64,000 nucleotides of DNA from Bacteroidota bacterium (GTDB lineage Bacteria; Bacteroidota; Rhodothermia; Rhodothermales; JBCCMF01): assembly GCA_038747545.1 (NCBI GenBank), contig JBCDJT010000008.1, positions 416 through 64,415 of the forward strand, written 5' to 3'. The translations under genes were made by a program, and so were the position numbers. Below, piece after piece: positions 1 to 10,287 of the stretch (position 1 is its first letter; each line of letters begins with the position of its first letter). The notes under the pieces are model-generated. The model was not told the DNA's origin. It did no database searches and saw nothing but the letters and a program-made list of their open reading frames with translations.

Positions 1-1118
1 TCATCAGACGTCTCGCCACCGTCGGCACCGTCTGGAGACGCCATGTCCTCTGGTGCCCCCGCTGGCGGCAGATCAGGCTCATCACGCGTACCGTCGGCAC
101 GTGGCGGCTCATCCGTCATCCCGGAACGGTAGGAAGCAGTGGGCTGAGTTGCCGTCATCGCCATGGCCGCCACCCGGGCACTCAGGCCCGCCCGCTCTTT
201 GCGTTCGACGAGGTTGTAGTATTGAAACGCGGCGGCCACCAACGGGATAGCGTAGAGCAGCAGCGACGCCAGCCCTGCCAGCACCGTCACCGCCGTCAAC
301 CCAGCCCCCATCAGCCCAGATGGCTCAGCCTCCGACACCGTGTGCAGTCCGGCCACAAACGCCATGATGATCGGCGGCAACGACAGCACCGTGCCCAAAG
401 CGGTATAGATGATCCAAACGACGAGCAGGATGCCAAGCGAGGGCCACAGCTGCCCCTTCAACAAGGCCCGGCACCGTCCCAGCGCGGCAAAGACGCCCAC
501 GTCTTCGTTCATGCGGATGGGCAGCAGGAGCGTCAGCAGCACGAGGAGGCCCAACAGCACCACCACGATACCCAACACCGCGAAGACGCCGATGATGCCG
601 CCCAGGATGGCGCCTGCGCTCCCCACCAACGCGGCCAACGCGCCGACGACAACTACGATAGGGATGAGCAGTGCGATGTATAGCGCAAACATCAGCACGC
701 CGATGAATACGACCGTGCCCAACATCCGCCAGAATGTGGCTTTGGTGAGGCGCCAGAGGCCTTCGAGCGTCACCGCCTCCGGTCCTTCTGTAGCGTACAG
801 CCGCACCGCGCCAAAGATGACCGCCGCACTTAGTCCAGCCAACATGAGCGACCCCACGACAATCAGCAGGTACGCAATGGCAATCTCTCCGAAAGCCTCA
901 GTGTTCGTGGCGAGTGCCTCGGGGTCGAGGCTGGCGAACAGGATCCTGAACTGCGCCGTCCCCGTCGAGACTGACACAAGGAGTGTGACGGGGCCGCAGA
1001 TGAACAGCAGCGCCTTTGCCAGCGGCTTGAACACCTGCTTGATGAATTGAAACGTGACGTTCAGCACGTCGGAGAACGAGCGCTGCTGGCGGATCACAAT
1101 AGTACGCGACAGAGTCAT
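1..1118 (-). CDS. Multi-pass membrane protein of the SpoIIM/DUF4129/MoxR-type cluster; partial, runs off the left edge
   Basis: Not in the ORF track because no stop lies in the window. ATG at 1118 overlaps the upstream TGA (ATGA). Reads MTLSRTIVIRQQRSFSDVLNVTFQFIKQVFKPL..., with hydrophobic segments and an acidic low-complexity tail. Confidence 0.7.
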   Translation of the reverse strand, partial: MTLSRTIVIRQQRSFSDVLNVTFQFIKQVFKPLAKALLFICGPVTLLVSVSTGTAQFRILFASLDPEALATNTEAFGEIAIAYLLIVVGSLMLAGLSAAVIFGAVRLYATEGPEAVTLEGLWRLTKATFWRMLGTVVFIGVLMFALYIALLIPIVVVVGALAALVGSAGAILGGIIGVFAVLGIVVVLLGLLVLLTLLLPIRMNEDVGVFAALGRCRALLKGQLWPSLGILLVVWIIYTALGTVLSLPPIIMAFVAGLHTVSEAEPSGLMGAGLTAVTVLAGLASLLLYAIPLVAAAFQYYNLVERKERAGLSARVAAMAMTATQPTASYRSGMTDEPPRADGTRDEPDLPPAGAPEDMASPDGADGGETSD

Positions 1119-2092
1119 GCGAGTGCAGGTTGAGTCATGCGACGGTGTACACGGTGCGGCAGCCACGCCACGTACCAGCCAATGAAAGCAAACGAGCCGA
1201 TGATGATGGCTAGGCTCAACCACAACGGCATCTCGGTGTAACGCGTGACGAAGCCCTCCAGAAAGCCAGCGGTGATGAAGACGGGCACGAGCCCGATGAT
1301 GGTTTTCAGCCCGTCCTTAGCTGCATTGCGAAAGGCGACGAGACGCGGGTAGGTGCCGGGAAAGATGAAGCCAAGCCCCATCCGCATACCCGCGGCACCC
1401 GCGATCACGATGGCCGACAGCTCTAGCGCGCCGTGGATGTAGATCACCTTGAGCGCGGGTCCCAGCAACGCGTTCTGCCAGAACATCGTCAGGAAGGCGC
1501 CCACCATGACGCCGTTGGTAAACAGCACGTAGCCCGATCCCACAGCGAAGAACAACCCGGCCGCAAAGGCCAGAAACGACACGCGCACGTTGTTGAACGT
1601 GATGTAGAGAAACATGTCTGTCGGGTTCATCTTCTTGTACACCGCCAGTGGATCGCCCCTTGCGATGTTGTCCTCGGTCATGTTGACGTACCCATCGCCC
1701 ATGATGAGCCGCACGAAGCCGTCGTCCCCCACCGCGGACACGATGCCCACGAGGTTGGCAATGAGAAACACGAGCAGCGACACGAGCAACGGCACACGGA
1801 TCCGGTAGAGTACCAGCGGCAGCTCCTCCGTCCAAAACGTGACCAAGCGGCGGCGGTCTTCGCGCTTATTCCGGTAGAGCGTCTGCTGCACCTGCGCCGT
1901 CAGCCCGTTGATATAGCGCGTGGTCTTGCTGCCAGGAAAGAACGTGCAGGCGTACGAGAGGTCGTCGGTGACCTCAATGAACTGCTCCGCCAGCGCGTCG
2001 GGCTCGACCTGCTTGGGCTGGTCGAGCGCATCTTCGAAGGCCTGCCAGCGCTCAGCGCGGCGTTTCAGAAAAGCGACTTCGTTCTTAGGCAT
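1115..2092 (-). CDS. Stage II sporulation protein M (SpoIIM/DUF95) family membrane protein
   Basis: Motifs DDLSYACTFFP, ITFNNVRV, IHGALELSAIVIAG, AGFLEGFVT. Likely start MPKNEVAF at 2092 rather than 2158. Confidence 0.85.
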   Translation of the reverse strand: MPKNEVAFLKRRAERWQAFEDALDQPKQVEPDALAEQFIEVTDDLSYACTFFPGSKTTRYINGLTAQVQQTLYRNKREDRRRLVTFWTEELPLVLYRIRVPLLVSLLVFLIANLVGIVSAVGDDGFVRLIMGDGYVNMTEDNIARGDPLAVYKKMNPTDMFLYITFNNVRVSFLAFAAGLFFAVGSGYVLFTNGVMVGAFLTMFWQNALLGPALKVIYIHGALELSAIVIAGAAGMRMGLGFIFPGTYPRLVAFRNAAKDGLKTIIGLVPVFITAGFLEGFVTRYTEMPLWLSLAIIIGSFAFIGWYVAWLPHRVHRRMTQPALA

Positions 2093-2165
2093 AGCGTGAT
2101 GGGTGTGGATGGCGTAAGGTACGCGACTTTTCACTAGTACGCACCCGCATCCAAGCACCGCGGGG

Positions 2166-4877
2166 CTAGGGCCTGTCGCGGTTCACCCAGATCATCGCAC
2201 TCGTTGGCGGCACGGTAACGGTCAACGCTCCGCCTGACGTTGCAGCGTACGGGCCGCCCACGCCGTCCAGGTTCACGACATCGGCGTTCGCGACTTGCTG
2301 CCAGTCGCCTGCGGGCAGGTTCACGTCGGCGAAGGTAAACGGTGCGGTGCCCGTGTTGATGAGGACGAAGACGGTCTCATCGACCACGTAGCCGAGCGCA
2401 GCGGGGTTATCGGGGGTGATGAAACGGTAGTGGCCTTCGGGCACATGCTCGCCCTGGCGGAAGACGTGCCCGTGCTCGCTGTTGCGCAAGTGGATGAGGC
2501 CGCGCCAGTAGGCGTGCATCCCGGCGAAGTCAGACACGTCGGTGGTCTGCCCTACCGTCTCCCACACGAAGCGGTTGGCCTTGCGCAGGTTGTACGTGTC
2601 GCCACGGCCTTTGAGGTAGATCGGTCCGGTCTCGGTCTCCTTGATGATGTTGTGATCGACCGTGGCGCTGCCTTTCGAGCGCATGATCTCGGAGCCACCG
2701 TGCAGCACGATGGGCCCAAGTGAGGTCATCAGCAGCGTCGCGGCGATCTTGTACGGCCCTTCGTCCACGCCGAGCAAGCCGTTCCAGTCGCGCGTGGCGA
2801 ATTGGTCGGCGAGCGTCCAGTTGTCGTGGATGTCGAGGTAGTTGATGCCTGTGTTTGGCGTCGCCTCGTCGCCATAGGCGTTGGTGAGGGCGCGCATGGT
2901 CGCCTCGCGGAGGGCGCTGTTGCCGCCCGCGTAGCCTCGGTCGGTGGCTTTGTTCTGTGGATCGGAGACGGGCCCTTTGAATGTATTGCGCGCGTCGTCC
3001 TGGAAGAACGTGATGGGCGAGTTGGACTTGTACCAACCCCAGTCCGGGTGCGACGCCACCGCCGGGTCGGTCGGCGGAATCCACGGCTCGCCATAGATGA
3101 TGATGTCTTCGGGCAAGGCGGCTCTCAGCGCCAGCAGCGACTCCCGGTCGATCTGGCCAGCGAGGTCGATGCGGAAGCCGTCGATGCCAAACTCGTCGAT
3201 GAGCGCACGGCACTGGTCGATGAGCCAGCGCTGCACCATCGGGCGGTCCTCGGTCTTGACCTCGTTGCCGAACGGGCCGATGTGGTTGAGCTCTTGGTCG
3301 GTGCGGTAGTAGAGCGGCTTGTCGAGCACGTTAAAGTTGAACAGCATGTGCCGGGCGTCCATGTTCTCGCCCGTATGGTTGGGCACAAGGTCGATGATGA
3401 CGGCGATGCCTTCGTCGTGGAACGCCTGCACGAGGTCGCGGAACTGGTCGCGCTGCGCGCCGTGCTCGGTGCCGCGCTGCCGGAAGCGCGTCTCGATGGC
3501 GAAGGCGTGCGTGGTGCGGTAGCCCCACTGGTAGTTCTCGCGATGCACATCCTGCGCGATCATGTAGGGATCGTTCTCAAACGCCGCCGCCCACTCGCTG
3601 TCGGGATAGTGGAGGTATTCCTGCACCGGCATGAGGTGGACTACGTTGATGCCGAGATCGACCAAGTAGTCGAACCCGATGGGCGCCCCGGCGCTGTTCG
3701 TCAAGCCCCGCTCCATCATCGCCGGGATGGTGCCCACGAGATCGTCTGAGACGGGAAGCAGATCGGTGAAGTCCTGCACATGTACCTCGTAGGCGATCAC
3801 GTCCTCCATCGGCGGCCGACCGCCAGCCAGCGGCGTAGCGGGCGTGGTGGTGCGCCAGACGCGGCTCTTGCCGTGCGCCTCAGCATTCACCCGGGCGTAC
3901 GGATCGCTGATATGCACGGGGTGCGTCTCGTAGAAAAAATTGCCCGGATCGGCGGGGCCGTGTACGGTGAAATCGTAATACGTGCCGTGCAGGTCGCCAT
4001 CGCGCGTAGCCTCCCAAACGCCGTCGGCATCCATCGCCATGTCGACGACGTGTAGGGCGTCCTCGGCGGTGGCGTCGGGATCGTCGTAGAGGTAGAGGCG
4101 GACGGCGTCGGCGCGGGGCGAGAAGATGCGGAAGTCGGTTCTGGAGCCATCAGCCGCCACGTCAGCCCCCAGCGGCTTGGCGGAGTAGCGCGTGCGGAAC
4201 CAGCCATCGCGGCGGACGAGCGTGCGCAGTTCCAGCTCAGGCACCTCCAGGTAGTACACGCGCCGCACGTCGATGGGCGCGGCAGGCACCACTAACATCT
4301 CGCTGGCCGTGTTGACGACGATAGCTTCGAGCGGTACCTCCTCACCCGCGGCGGTGACAAGACGGTAGGCGCTCACAGCGCGGGGGCGCTCGATGCCATC
4401 GCCCGAGAGGGACGCCCAGATAGCGCGCTCGGCACGGACTTCGGCAGTAAGCAGCGGCGGGGCGATGCCCATCGCGTAGATGAGGTTGCCGCCGCCCTGG
4501 TTGGGCGCGTCGGCACGCGGATCGAGCCACACCCCGTCGTCGATGCGGAACTTGAACGGCGCGCTGGGCGGAATCGTCTGGAAGTCGGGGTTCTCGACCG
4601 TCAGGGTCCAGATCCGGCGCTCGGCATCGGGTGCGAGACGCCACGCCATCGCGTTCATGTCCTCGGACCAGTTGCGAAACGCGCCCGTGACCACCACGCG
4701 CTCCGGCGTCACGCCGTACGCCTCGGCGTCGAACAGGAACACCGTAGTTGCCCCGCGGTCGGCGTAGCCCTGGCGCAGGTCCGCCTCGGTGAAGTCTTGA
4801 GCCAGCACAGGCAACGGGAGCAAGAGCACGCCAGCAAGGAGGATGACGGAGCGTAAGAACGGTGGGGTCATGGTCAC
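2166..4877 (-). CDS. Secreted GH13 pullulanase-like glycoside hydrolase with CBM48-like N-terminal domain
   Basis: Signal peptide, YEVHVQDFT, NYQWGY, and the GH13 catalytic motifs GFRIDLAG (D), YGEPW (E), IHDN (D). Confidence 0.85.
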   Translation of the reverse strand: MTMTPPFLRSVILLAGVLLLPLPVLAQDFTEADLRQGYADRGATTVFLFDAEAYGVTPERVVVTGAFRNWSEDMNAMAWRLAPDAERRIWTLTVENPDFQTIPPSAPFKFRIDDGVWLDPRADAPNQGGGNLIYAMGIAPPLLTAEVRAERAIWASLSGDGIERPRAVSAYRLVTAAGEEVPLEAIVVNTASEMLVVPAAPIDVRRVYYLEVPELELRTLVRRDGWFRTRYSAKPLGADVAADGSRTDFRIFSPRADAVRLYLYDDPDATAEDALHVVDMAMDADGVWEATRDGDLHGTYYDFTVHGPADPGNFFYETHPVHISDPYARVNAEAHGKSRVWRTTTPATPLAGGRPPMEDVIAYEVHVQDFTDLLPVSDDLVGTIPAMMERGLTNSAGAPIGFDYLVDLGINVVHLMPVQEYLHYPDSEWAAAFENDPYMIAQDVHRENYQWGYRTTHAFAIETRFRQRGTEHGAQRDQFRDLVQAFHDEGIAVIIDLVPNHTGENMDARHMLFNFNVLDKPLYYRTDQELNHIGPFGNEVKTEDRPMVQRWLIDQCRALIDEFGIDGFRIDLAGQIDRESLLALRAALPEDIIIYGEPWIPPTDPAVASHPDWGWYKSNSPITFFQDDARNTFKGPVSDPQNKATDRGYAGGNSALREATMRALTNAYGDEATPNTGINYLDIHDNWTLADQFATRDWNGLLGVDEGPYKIAATLLMTSLGPIVLHGGSEIMRSKGSATVDHNIIKETETGPIYLKGRGDTYNLRKANRFVWETVGQTTDVSDFAGMHAYWRGLIHLRNSEHGHVFRQGEHVPEGHYRFITPDNPAALGYVVDETVFVLINTGTAPFTFADVNLPAGDWQQVANADVVNLDGVGGPYAATSGGALTVTVPPTSAMIWVNRDRP

Positions 4878-4938
4878 AGAATAGCCTATCGTTCGGGGTC
4901 GCCTTCCACGCCCATCGCCTCCGAACGTGCCCTACACC

Positions 4939-5922
4939 CTACATCACGCGCAGCAGTTGGACGCTGAACCAGTCGTTCGCATCGGTCCACACCCGCTCCA
5001 CGCCAAACCCGGCGCGCGCGGCCAGCGCTGCCGCTTCGTTCAGGGTGTACTTGTACGAGTTCTCGGTGTGGATCGTCTCGCCCGCCTCAAAGTGTATGGC
5101 CACGCTACCTATCGTTACGGTTTGCGTGGCGCGGCTCACGAGGTGCATCTCAATGCGCCCTTCAGACGCGTTGTAGAATGCCCGATGGGCGAACGCGCCC
5201 AGGTCAAAATCGGCACCCAGCTCTCGGTTTAGGCGCGCCAGAATGTTCAGGTTGAACTGCGCGGTCACGCCCTCAGGGTCGTCGTACGCGAGGTCCAGGA
5301 TGTGCTTGTCCTTCTTCAGATCGACGCCCATCAGGAGCAAGCCGCCTGCCCCAACCAACCGCGCGGTGCCCTTCAGAAAAGCCTCAGCCTCCTCTGGCGT
5401 GAAGTTGCCGATTGTAGAGCCCGGGAAGAACGCCACCACGTTCTCGGCCTCGTCAGCAAGCGACGGCAGCCGGAAGTCGCTCGTGTAGTCGGCGGCGATG
5501 GGTGCGATGGGCAGCTCGGGGTAACGCTCGGCAAGCTGGTAGGCCGTAGCGAGTAGGTACTCGCCCGAGATGTCGATGGGCACATAGCCCACGAGGCTGG
5601 GCAAGTGATCGAGCAGGACGCGCGTCTTGAGGCTGCTGCCGCTGCCGTACTCTACCAGCAGCGCCCGTTTGCCTATGGCCTCTACCATCTCGCCGATGTA
5701 GCCGTCCATAATGCCCATCTCGGTGCGCGTGGGGTAGTACGCGTCCAGCTCGGTGATGGCATCGAAGAGCCGCGACCCGGTCTCATCGTAGAAGTACTTG
5801 CTGGGCAGGGTCTTCGGCGCGGCGTGAAGCCCGGCCAGCACATCGTCCAGCAAGGTGTCAGGCGGTACGCCGTGGTCGATCAGCGTGATTTCGGGGGCGA
5901 CGGGCAGGGTTGGGGTAGGCAA
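4939..5922 (-). CDS. egtD: L-histidine N-alpha-methyltransferase
   Basis: LPSKYFYDETGSRLF, YYPTRTE, EYGSGS, FPGSTIGN, AYDDPEGVT, IHTENSYKY; adjacent to egtB. Confidence 0.93.
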   Translation of the reverse strand: MPTPTLPVAPEITLIDHGVPPDTLLDDVLAGLHAAPKTLPSKYFYDETGSRLFDAITELDAYYPTRTEMGIMDGYIGEMVEAIGKRALLVEYGSGSSLKTRVLLDHLPSLVGYVPIDISGEYLLATAYQLAERYPELPIAPIAADYTSDFRLPSLADEAENVVAFFPGSTIGNFTPEEAEAFLKGTARLVGAGGLLLMGVDLKKDKHILDLAYDDPEGVTAQFNLNILARLNRELGADFDLGAFAHRAFYNASEGRIEMHLVSRATQTVTIGSVAIHFEAGETIHTENSYKYTLNEAAALAARAGFGVERVWTDANDWFSVQLLRVM

Positions 5923-6025
5923 GAGCGGAAACGGTCTCGTGGTTGGGAAGACACTATGGTGTTGAGGTGCTCCGTCGCCGCGCTCTTACCTGCTCCACCT
6001 CACTACTAGTTACGACGGTGACGCC

Positions 6026-7309
6026 TCAGCGCGCAAGCCGCAGCCCGGTGAACTGCCACGTGGCGTCGGGCGGGAAGAAGTTGCGGTACGTGGCGCGAAT
6101 GTGCGTCTCCGACGTTGCACACGAGCCGCCGCGCAGCACAAACTGGTTGCACATGAACTTGCCGTTGTATTCGCCAAGGGCGCCGGGCACAGGGGCATAG
6201 CCAGGGTACGGCTCGTATTGACTGCGCGTCCACTCCCACACGTCGCCAAACATCTGATGGAGGTGGTCGGGGCTGGCGCCAGGCGCCAGCGGCAGCGGGT
6301 GCAGACGCTCGGACTCGACGAAGTGTCCAGCCCTCGCGACGGACTGCGCGGCCACCTCCCACTCGGCCTCGGTAGGCAGGCGCGCCTCCGACCAGCGGGC
6401 AAACGCGTCGGCCTCGAAGTAGCTGATGTGCGTCAGCGGCTCGTCGGGATTGACGATGCGGGCGCCTCCCAGGGTGTAGTGGATCCACTCGCCGTCCTTG
6501 CGCTCCCAGTAGAACGGCTCGGTCCACTGCTCGGCCTGTACCGTGGCCCACCCGGCGGAGAGCCAGAGCGGCCCACTCTGGTAGCCGCCGTCTTCGATGA
6601 AGGCCATGTAATCGCCGTTGGTAACGAGGCGGTTGGCCAGCTGGAAGTCCTCCAGAAACGCGCGGTGCCGCGGCGACTCGTTGTCATAGGCAAACCCGCT
6701 GCCCTCATGCCCCATCTCGTAGAGCCCTTCCTCAAATGCAATCCACGATACGGGCGGTACGCCGCGATGCGGCTCCGGCACCGCTTGCCGGTACGCCGGG
6801 CGCAGTGGGTTGACCGAGAGGACGTGCTTGATGTCGGTGACGAGCAGTTCCTGATGCTGCTGCTCGTGGTGCAGGCCAATCTCGATGAGCGGCGCAATAG
6901 TCCGCAGCGTCGGCTCGTCGGCGCGCGCCAGGAAGTCGAGCATGGCGGCGTCGAGATGGTCGCGGTAGGCGAAGACCTCACGCACGGTGGGACGCGAGAT
7001 GTAGCCGCGCTGTGCCCGGCAGTGCCGCTCCCCCGCTTGCAGGTAATAGGAGTTGAACAAGAATGCGTAGCCCGGATGGTAGGGCGTGTACGCGCTGTCG
7101 TGCTTGGACAAGATGAAGGTCTCGAAGAACCACGTCGTGTGCGCCAGATGCCACTTTGTAGGGCTCACATCGGGCATCGACTGCACGACGTAGTCTTCGG
7201 TTTCAAGCGGCGCACAGAGGCGTTCGCTGAAGGAACGGACGCGCTGGAAGTCGGCAGCAAGGAGCGTACGGTCTGGCAGGGTTGCCGCGGAGGCATCGGT
7301 CTGAAGCAT
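6026..7309 (-). CDS. egtB: Ergothioneine biosynthesis sulfoxide synthase (DinB_2 + FGE-sulfatase domains)
   Basis: SPTKWHLAHTTWFFE, FNSYY, HEQQHQE iron ligands, RLPTEAEWE, GDVWEW, YNGKFM, YRNFF. Confidence 0.95.
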   Translation of the reverse strand: MLQTDASAATLPDRTLLAADFQRVRSFSERLCAPLETEDYVVQSMPDVSPTKWHLAHTTWFFETFILSKHDSAYTPYHPGYAFLFNSYYLQAGERHCRAQRGYISRPTVREVFAYRDHLDAAMLDFLARADEPTLRTIAPLIEIGLHHEQQHQELLVTDIKHVLSVNPLRPAYRQAVPEPHRGVPPVSWIAFEEGLYEMGHEGSGFAYDNESPRHRAFLEDFQLANRLVTNGDYMAFIEDGGYQSGPLWLSAGWATVQAEQWTEPFYWERKDGEWIHYTLGGARIVNPDEPLTHISYFEADAFARWSEARLPTEAEWEVAAQSVARAGHFVESERLHPLPLAPGASPDHLHQMFGDVWEWTRSQYEPYPGYAPVPGALGEYNGKFMCNQFVLRGGSCATSETHIRATYRNFFPPDATWQFTGLRLAR

Positions 7310-7455
7310 CGGCAGGGTGTCAGGGCGAGTGTTAGGGCGCGAGGTACGGCAATGACGCGAGCGGTGCCTTTGTTCGGCTTCAACTGTAATGCCTAGCGTT
7401 ACAAGTCCCCAGCGCTACGTTGCGTGACCGCGCTTCCCCGCATCACGAGGCGAGC

Positions 7456-8895
7456 CTAGCGTGCCAGCAGCGTCACCGCTCGTGTCGCCACCGAGCGGCC
7501 GTCCTGCTGCACGCGGATCAGGTAGAGACCCGACCGCGCAGGCTGGCCTTCGCTCGTCATCCCGGCCCAGGTCAGCACCTGCGCGGTCCCATCGCTGACG
7601 CCGCTCCACAGGGTCGTCACCGTACGGCCTAGCAGATCGAAGACCTCTACGTCCAGCACGGCCCCCGCAGCGGCTTCTACCTGCACGGTGGTGCGCCCCA
7701 CGAACGGGTTCGGGTACGGCGCCGAGAGCCGAAGCGCAGCCGCTGGCTGTTCGCTCTCGGTTGTGACGCCGGAGCGAGATTCGAGCCGATAGAGCTGACC
7801 GCCAATGCGCGCTGCGTAAAGCTCGCCCTGCTCGTCTGTCCCGAAGGTGGAGACGTTGAAGACCTCTTGCTCGAAGAGATCGGCGGTGGTGGCTTCTTCA
7901 TCAGCGTCGAAAGCCCAGACACGTCCGCTCACGTAGTCGGCGAAGATGTAGCGCCCCCGCATCTCGGGCACGCGGGCGCCACGGTACACGTAGCCGCCAG
8001 TGATGGAGCGGCCGAGCGTATGCGGGTAATTGTAGACTGGCGCGATGAACCCGTCCGTGGCACAGCCGACGCTCGGCTCGAAGCAGGCGGGGCCCTCGCG
8101 GTGATCCCAGCCGTAGTTGCCGCCGCGCTCAATGATGTTGACCTCTTCGTACGCGTTCTGGCCTACATCGGCGAGCCACAACTGTCCCGTGGCTGCGTCG
8201 AAGCTGAACCGCCACGGATTGCGAAGGCCATAGGCCCAGATTTCTTCGCGGGCGCCGTCTTGGTTGCCCACAAACGGGTTGTCGGCGGGGATGGCATAGG
8301 GCGCCACGCCGTCTACATCGATGCGCAGCAGCGCGCCGAGGAGCGTGGTCGGGTCCTCGCCCGCCTCGATGGGGTCGCCGCCCGAGCCGCCATCGCCCAA
8401 GGCGATGTACAGGTAGCCGTCGGGCCCAAAGGCAAGCTGCCCTGCGTTGTGGTTGCTAAACGGCTGCTCGACCTCTAGAATGACGCGCGCGCTGCCGGCC
8501 TGCGCGTGCGAGCCGTTGGCGGGGTCTACGGTGTAGCGCGCCACGACTGAGCGGCGCGGGTTGTAGGCGGTGTAGTAGACGAAGAAATGCCCGTTGCTCG
8601 CATAGTCAGGATGGAACGCCAGCCCGAGCAAGCCCTCTTCCCCACCCCGGCTTCCTACACGGTCGCTGATGTCTAGGTACTCCTCTGGCTCCGCCGCTTC
8701 GTCGGCAGGCGTCACGGCGACAATGAACCCCGGCTGCTCCACTACAAACAGCCGCCCGCTCCCATCGCCCGCGTGTTGCAGATCGACTGGGTTTTGGAAC
8801 GTGTGCGCCGGGAAGGCGCGCGTCAGCACAGGCTGCGCTACGACGGGCGTAGCAATCCATAGCGCAAGGAAGGCAACTGCGGTGAGCACACGCAT
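7456..8895 (-). CDS. PQQ-dependent glucose/sorbosone dehydrogenase family protein with T9SS type-A C-terminal domain
   Basis: Signal peptide, GLLGLAFHPDY, NHNAGQLAFGPDGYLY, YGLRNPWRFSFD, NYGW; CTD YPNPF...FDLLGR...SGLYLIRV. Confidence 0.88.
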   Translation of the reverse strand: MRVLTAVAFLALWIATPVVAQPVLTRAFPAHTFQNPVDLQHAGDGSGRLFVVEQPGFIVAVTPADEAAEPEEYLDISDRVGSRGGEEGLLGLAFHPDYASNGHFFVYYTAYNPRRSVVARYTVDPANGSHAQAGSARVILEVEQPFSNHNAGQLAFGPDGYLYIALGDGGSGGDPIEAGEDPTTLLGALLRIDVDGVAPYAIPADNPFVGNQDGAREEIWAYGLRNPWRFSFDAATGQLWLADVGQNAYEEVNIIERGGNYGWDHREGPACFEPSVGCATDGFIAPVYNYPHTLGRSITGGYVYRGARVPEMRGRYIFADYVSGRVWAFDADEEATTADLFEQEVFNVSTFGTDEQGELYAARIGGQLYRLESRSGVTTESEQPAAALRLSAPYPNPFVGRTTVQVEAAAGAVLDVEVFDLLGRTVTTLWSGVSDGTAQVLTWAGMTSEGQPARSGLYLIRVQQDGRSVATRAVTLLAR

Positions 8896-9046
8896 TGGGC
8901 GACACGATTGGGCTGTAGAAGGACAGGCAGGGCTGTATCAACGCGCCCTATCCACTCTACCCTGGCGGCGGCGGGGCCGTTCCGCGGGCAACCGCAATGC
9001 ACCTGTGGCGTAAGCGAGCGCGCTCTGTACCTAGGTCCTCACGTCC

Positions 9047-9859
9047 ATGCCTGACCCGTCGTATTTCCACTGGAACATAGATCCCGTCATCGTGCAGCTC
9101 GGCCCCTTCGCCTTGCGGTGGTACGGGCTGCTCTTCGCCACGGGCTTTGTGCTGGGCTTCTACTTCATGCGCTACGTCTTCCAGCGCGAGCGCAAGCCCG
9201 AGGCCGACCTCGATAAGCTGCTGCTTTACATGCTGGCCGGGACGGTGGTAGGCGCGCGGCTGGGCCATTGCTTCTTCTACAACCCGGGCTACTTCCTGGC
9301 GAATCCGCTAGAGATCCTGGCCATCCACAAGGGCGGGCTCGCCAGCCACGGCGGCGCCATCGGCATCATCATCGCGCTGTACTTCTACTCGAAGAGCAGG
9401 CCGAAGCAGCCGTTCCTGTGGGTGATCGACCGGATCGCGGTGGCCACAGCGTTAGCGGGCGTTCTGATTCGCCTGGCCAACTTCTTCAACTCCGAGATCC
9501 TCGGCGTACCTACCGATGTGGCGTGGGCCGTCGTCTTCGAGCGCATCGATGATCTGCCTCGCCATCCGTCTATGCTGTACGAGTCCATCAGCTACCTGCT
9601 CATCTGGGGGCTGCTCTTCTCGTTGTACCGCAAGTTGGGCAGCCGCACCCCGCACGGGCTGCTGCTGGGGCTCTTCTTCATCTTGGTCTTCAGCGCCCGC
9701 TTCTTCATCGAGTTCGTCAAGGAGAGCCATGCCGACTTCGTGCAGTACATCCCCTTTGAGCTGCACGTGGGCCAAGTGCTCAGTATTCCGCTGGTGCTAG
9801 CAGGCGTGTACCTCGTCGTTCGCGCCCTGCCGAAACTTCGCGAGTCGGCCACGGTCTAG
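9047..9859 (+). CDS. lgt: Prolipoprotein diacylglyceryl transferase
   Basis: LRWYGL, VGARLGH, GGLASHGG, IRLANFFNSEI, RHPSMLYE, RFFIEFVK. Confidence 0.95.
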   Translation: MPDPSYFHWNIDPVIVQLGPFALRWYGLLFATGFVLGFYFMRYVFQRERKPEADLDKLLLYMLAGTVVGARLGHCFFYNPGYFLANPLEILAIHKGGLASHGGAIGIIIALYFYSKSRPKQPFLWVIDRIAVATALAGVLIRLANFFNSEILGVPTDVAWAVVFERIDDLPRHPSMLYESISYLLIWGLLFSLYRKLGSRTPHGLLLGLFFILVFSARFFIEFVKESHADFVQYIPFELHVGQVLSIPLVLAGVYLVVRALPKLRESATV

Positions 9860-9896
9860 GGGGATGATCGCTTTTCTCCCCTAAACCACCGATGTC

Positions 9897-10094
9897 ATGC
9901 CCCAATACAAAGTCGAGTCGTTCATCTATTACTCGAAGGCTCTCGCGAACAAGAACCATATCGTCGACGGTTCGACGAAGGACATGCAAGCCGCACTGGA
10001 TAAGTATGCCCGCGACGGTTGGAAACTGGTTTCCACCGATGTAGCCAGCTTCGGGATGGCGATGTACGCCTACCTCTACTTCGACAAGGAATAG
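9897..10094 (+). CDS. Small DUF4177-like protein
   Basis: 65 aa with QYKV...LDKYARDGWKLVS...YLYF pattern. Confidence 0.65.
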   Translation: MPQYKVESFIYYSKALANKNHIVDGSTKDMQAALDKYARDGWKLVSTDVASFGMAMYAYLYFDKE

Positions 10095-10122
10095 ACTTCC
10101 AGCACACGCTCTCAGGAAACGG

Positions 10123-10287
10123 TATGCACCCCTCTCGGTGAGTCATTACGCAACGGCCCCCTCGCAGGGGGTGTATCTCGGTTCAGCACATACACCTTCC
10201 GACTCGCCTGAAGGCGACGCACCTCCCTCGACGGAGGCGTTGGCTTTGCTCAACTATATGCACCATCATTTTGGAGAGGGGGTATAG
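10123..10287. repeat. Cluster of short palindromes (REP/MITE-like remnant) between convergent genes
   Basis: CCCCTCTC...GAGAGGGG outer inverted repeat; inner hairpins CCCCCTcgcAGGGGG, GGTGTAT/ATACACC, TCGCCT/AGGCGA, CCTCC/GGAGG; direct repeat TATGCACC at 10123 and 10257. Confidence 0.45.

Noticed and set aside
6101-7396. Long antisense ORFs (e.g. 6101-7396, 23073-24116, 33188-34420, 2802-3749, 41512-42459 and many shorter ones)
   Set aside because: Shadow or alternate frames over well-supported genes; expected in GC-rich DNA and lacking recognisable motifs.
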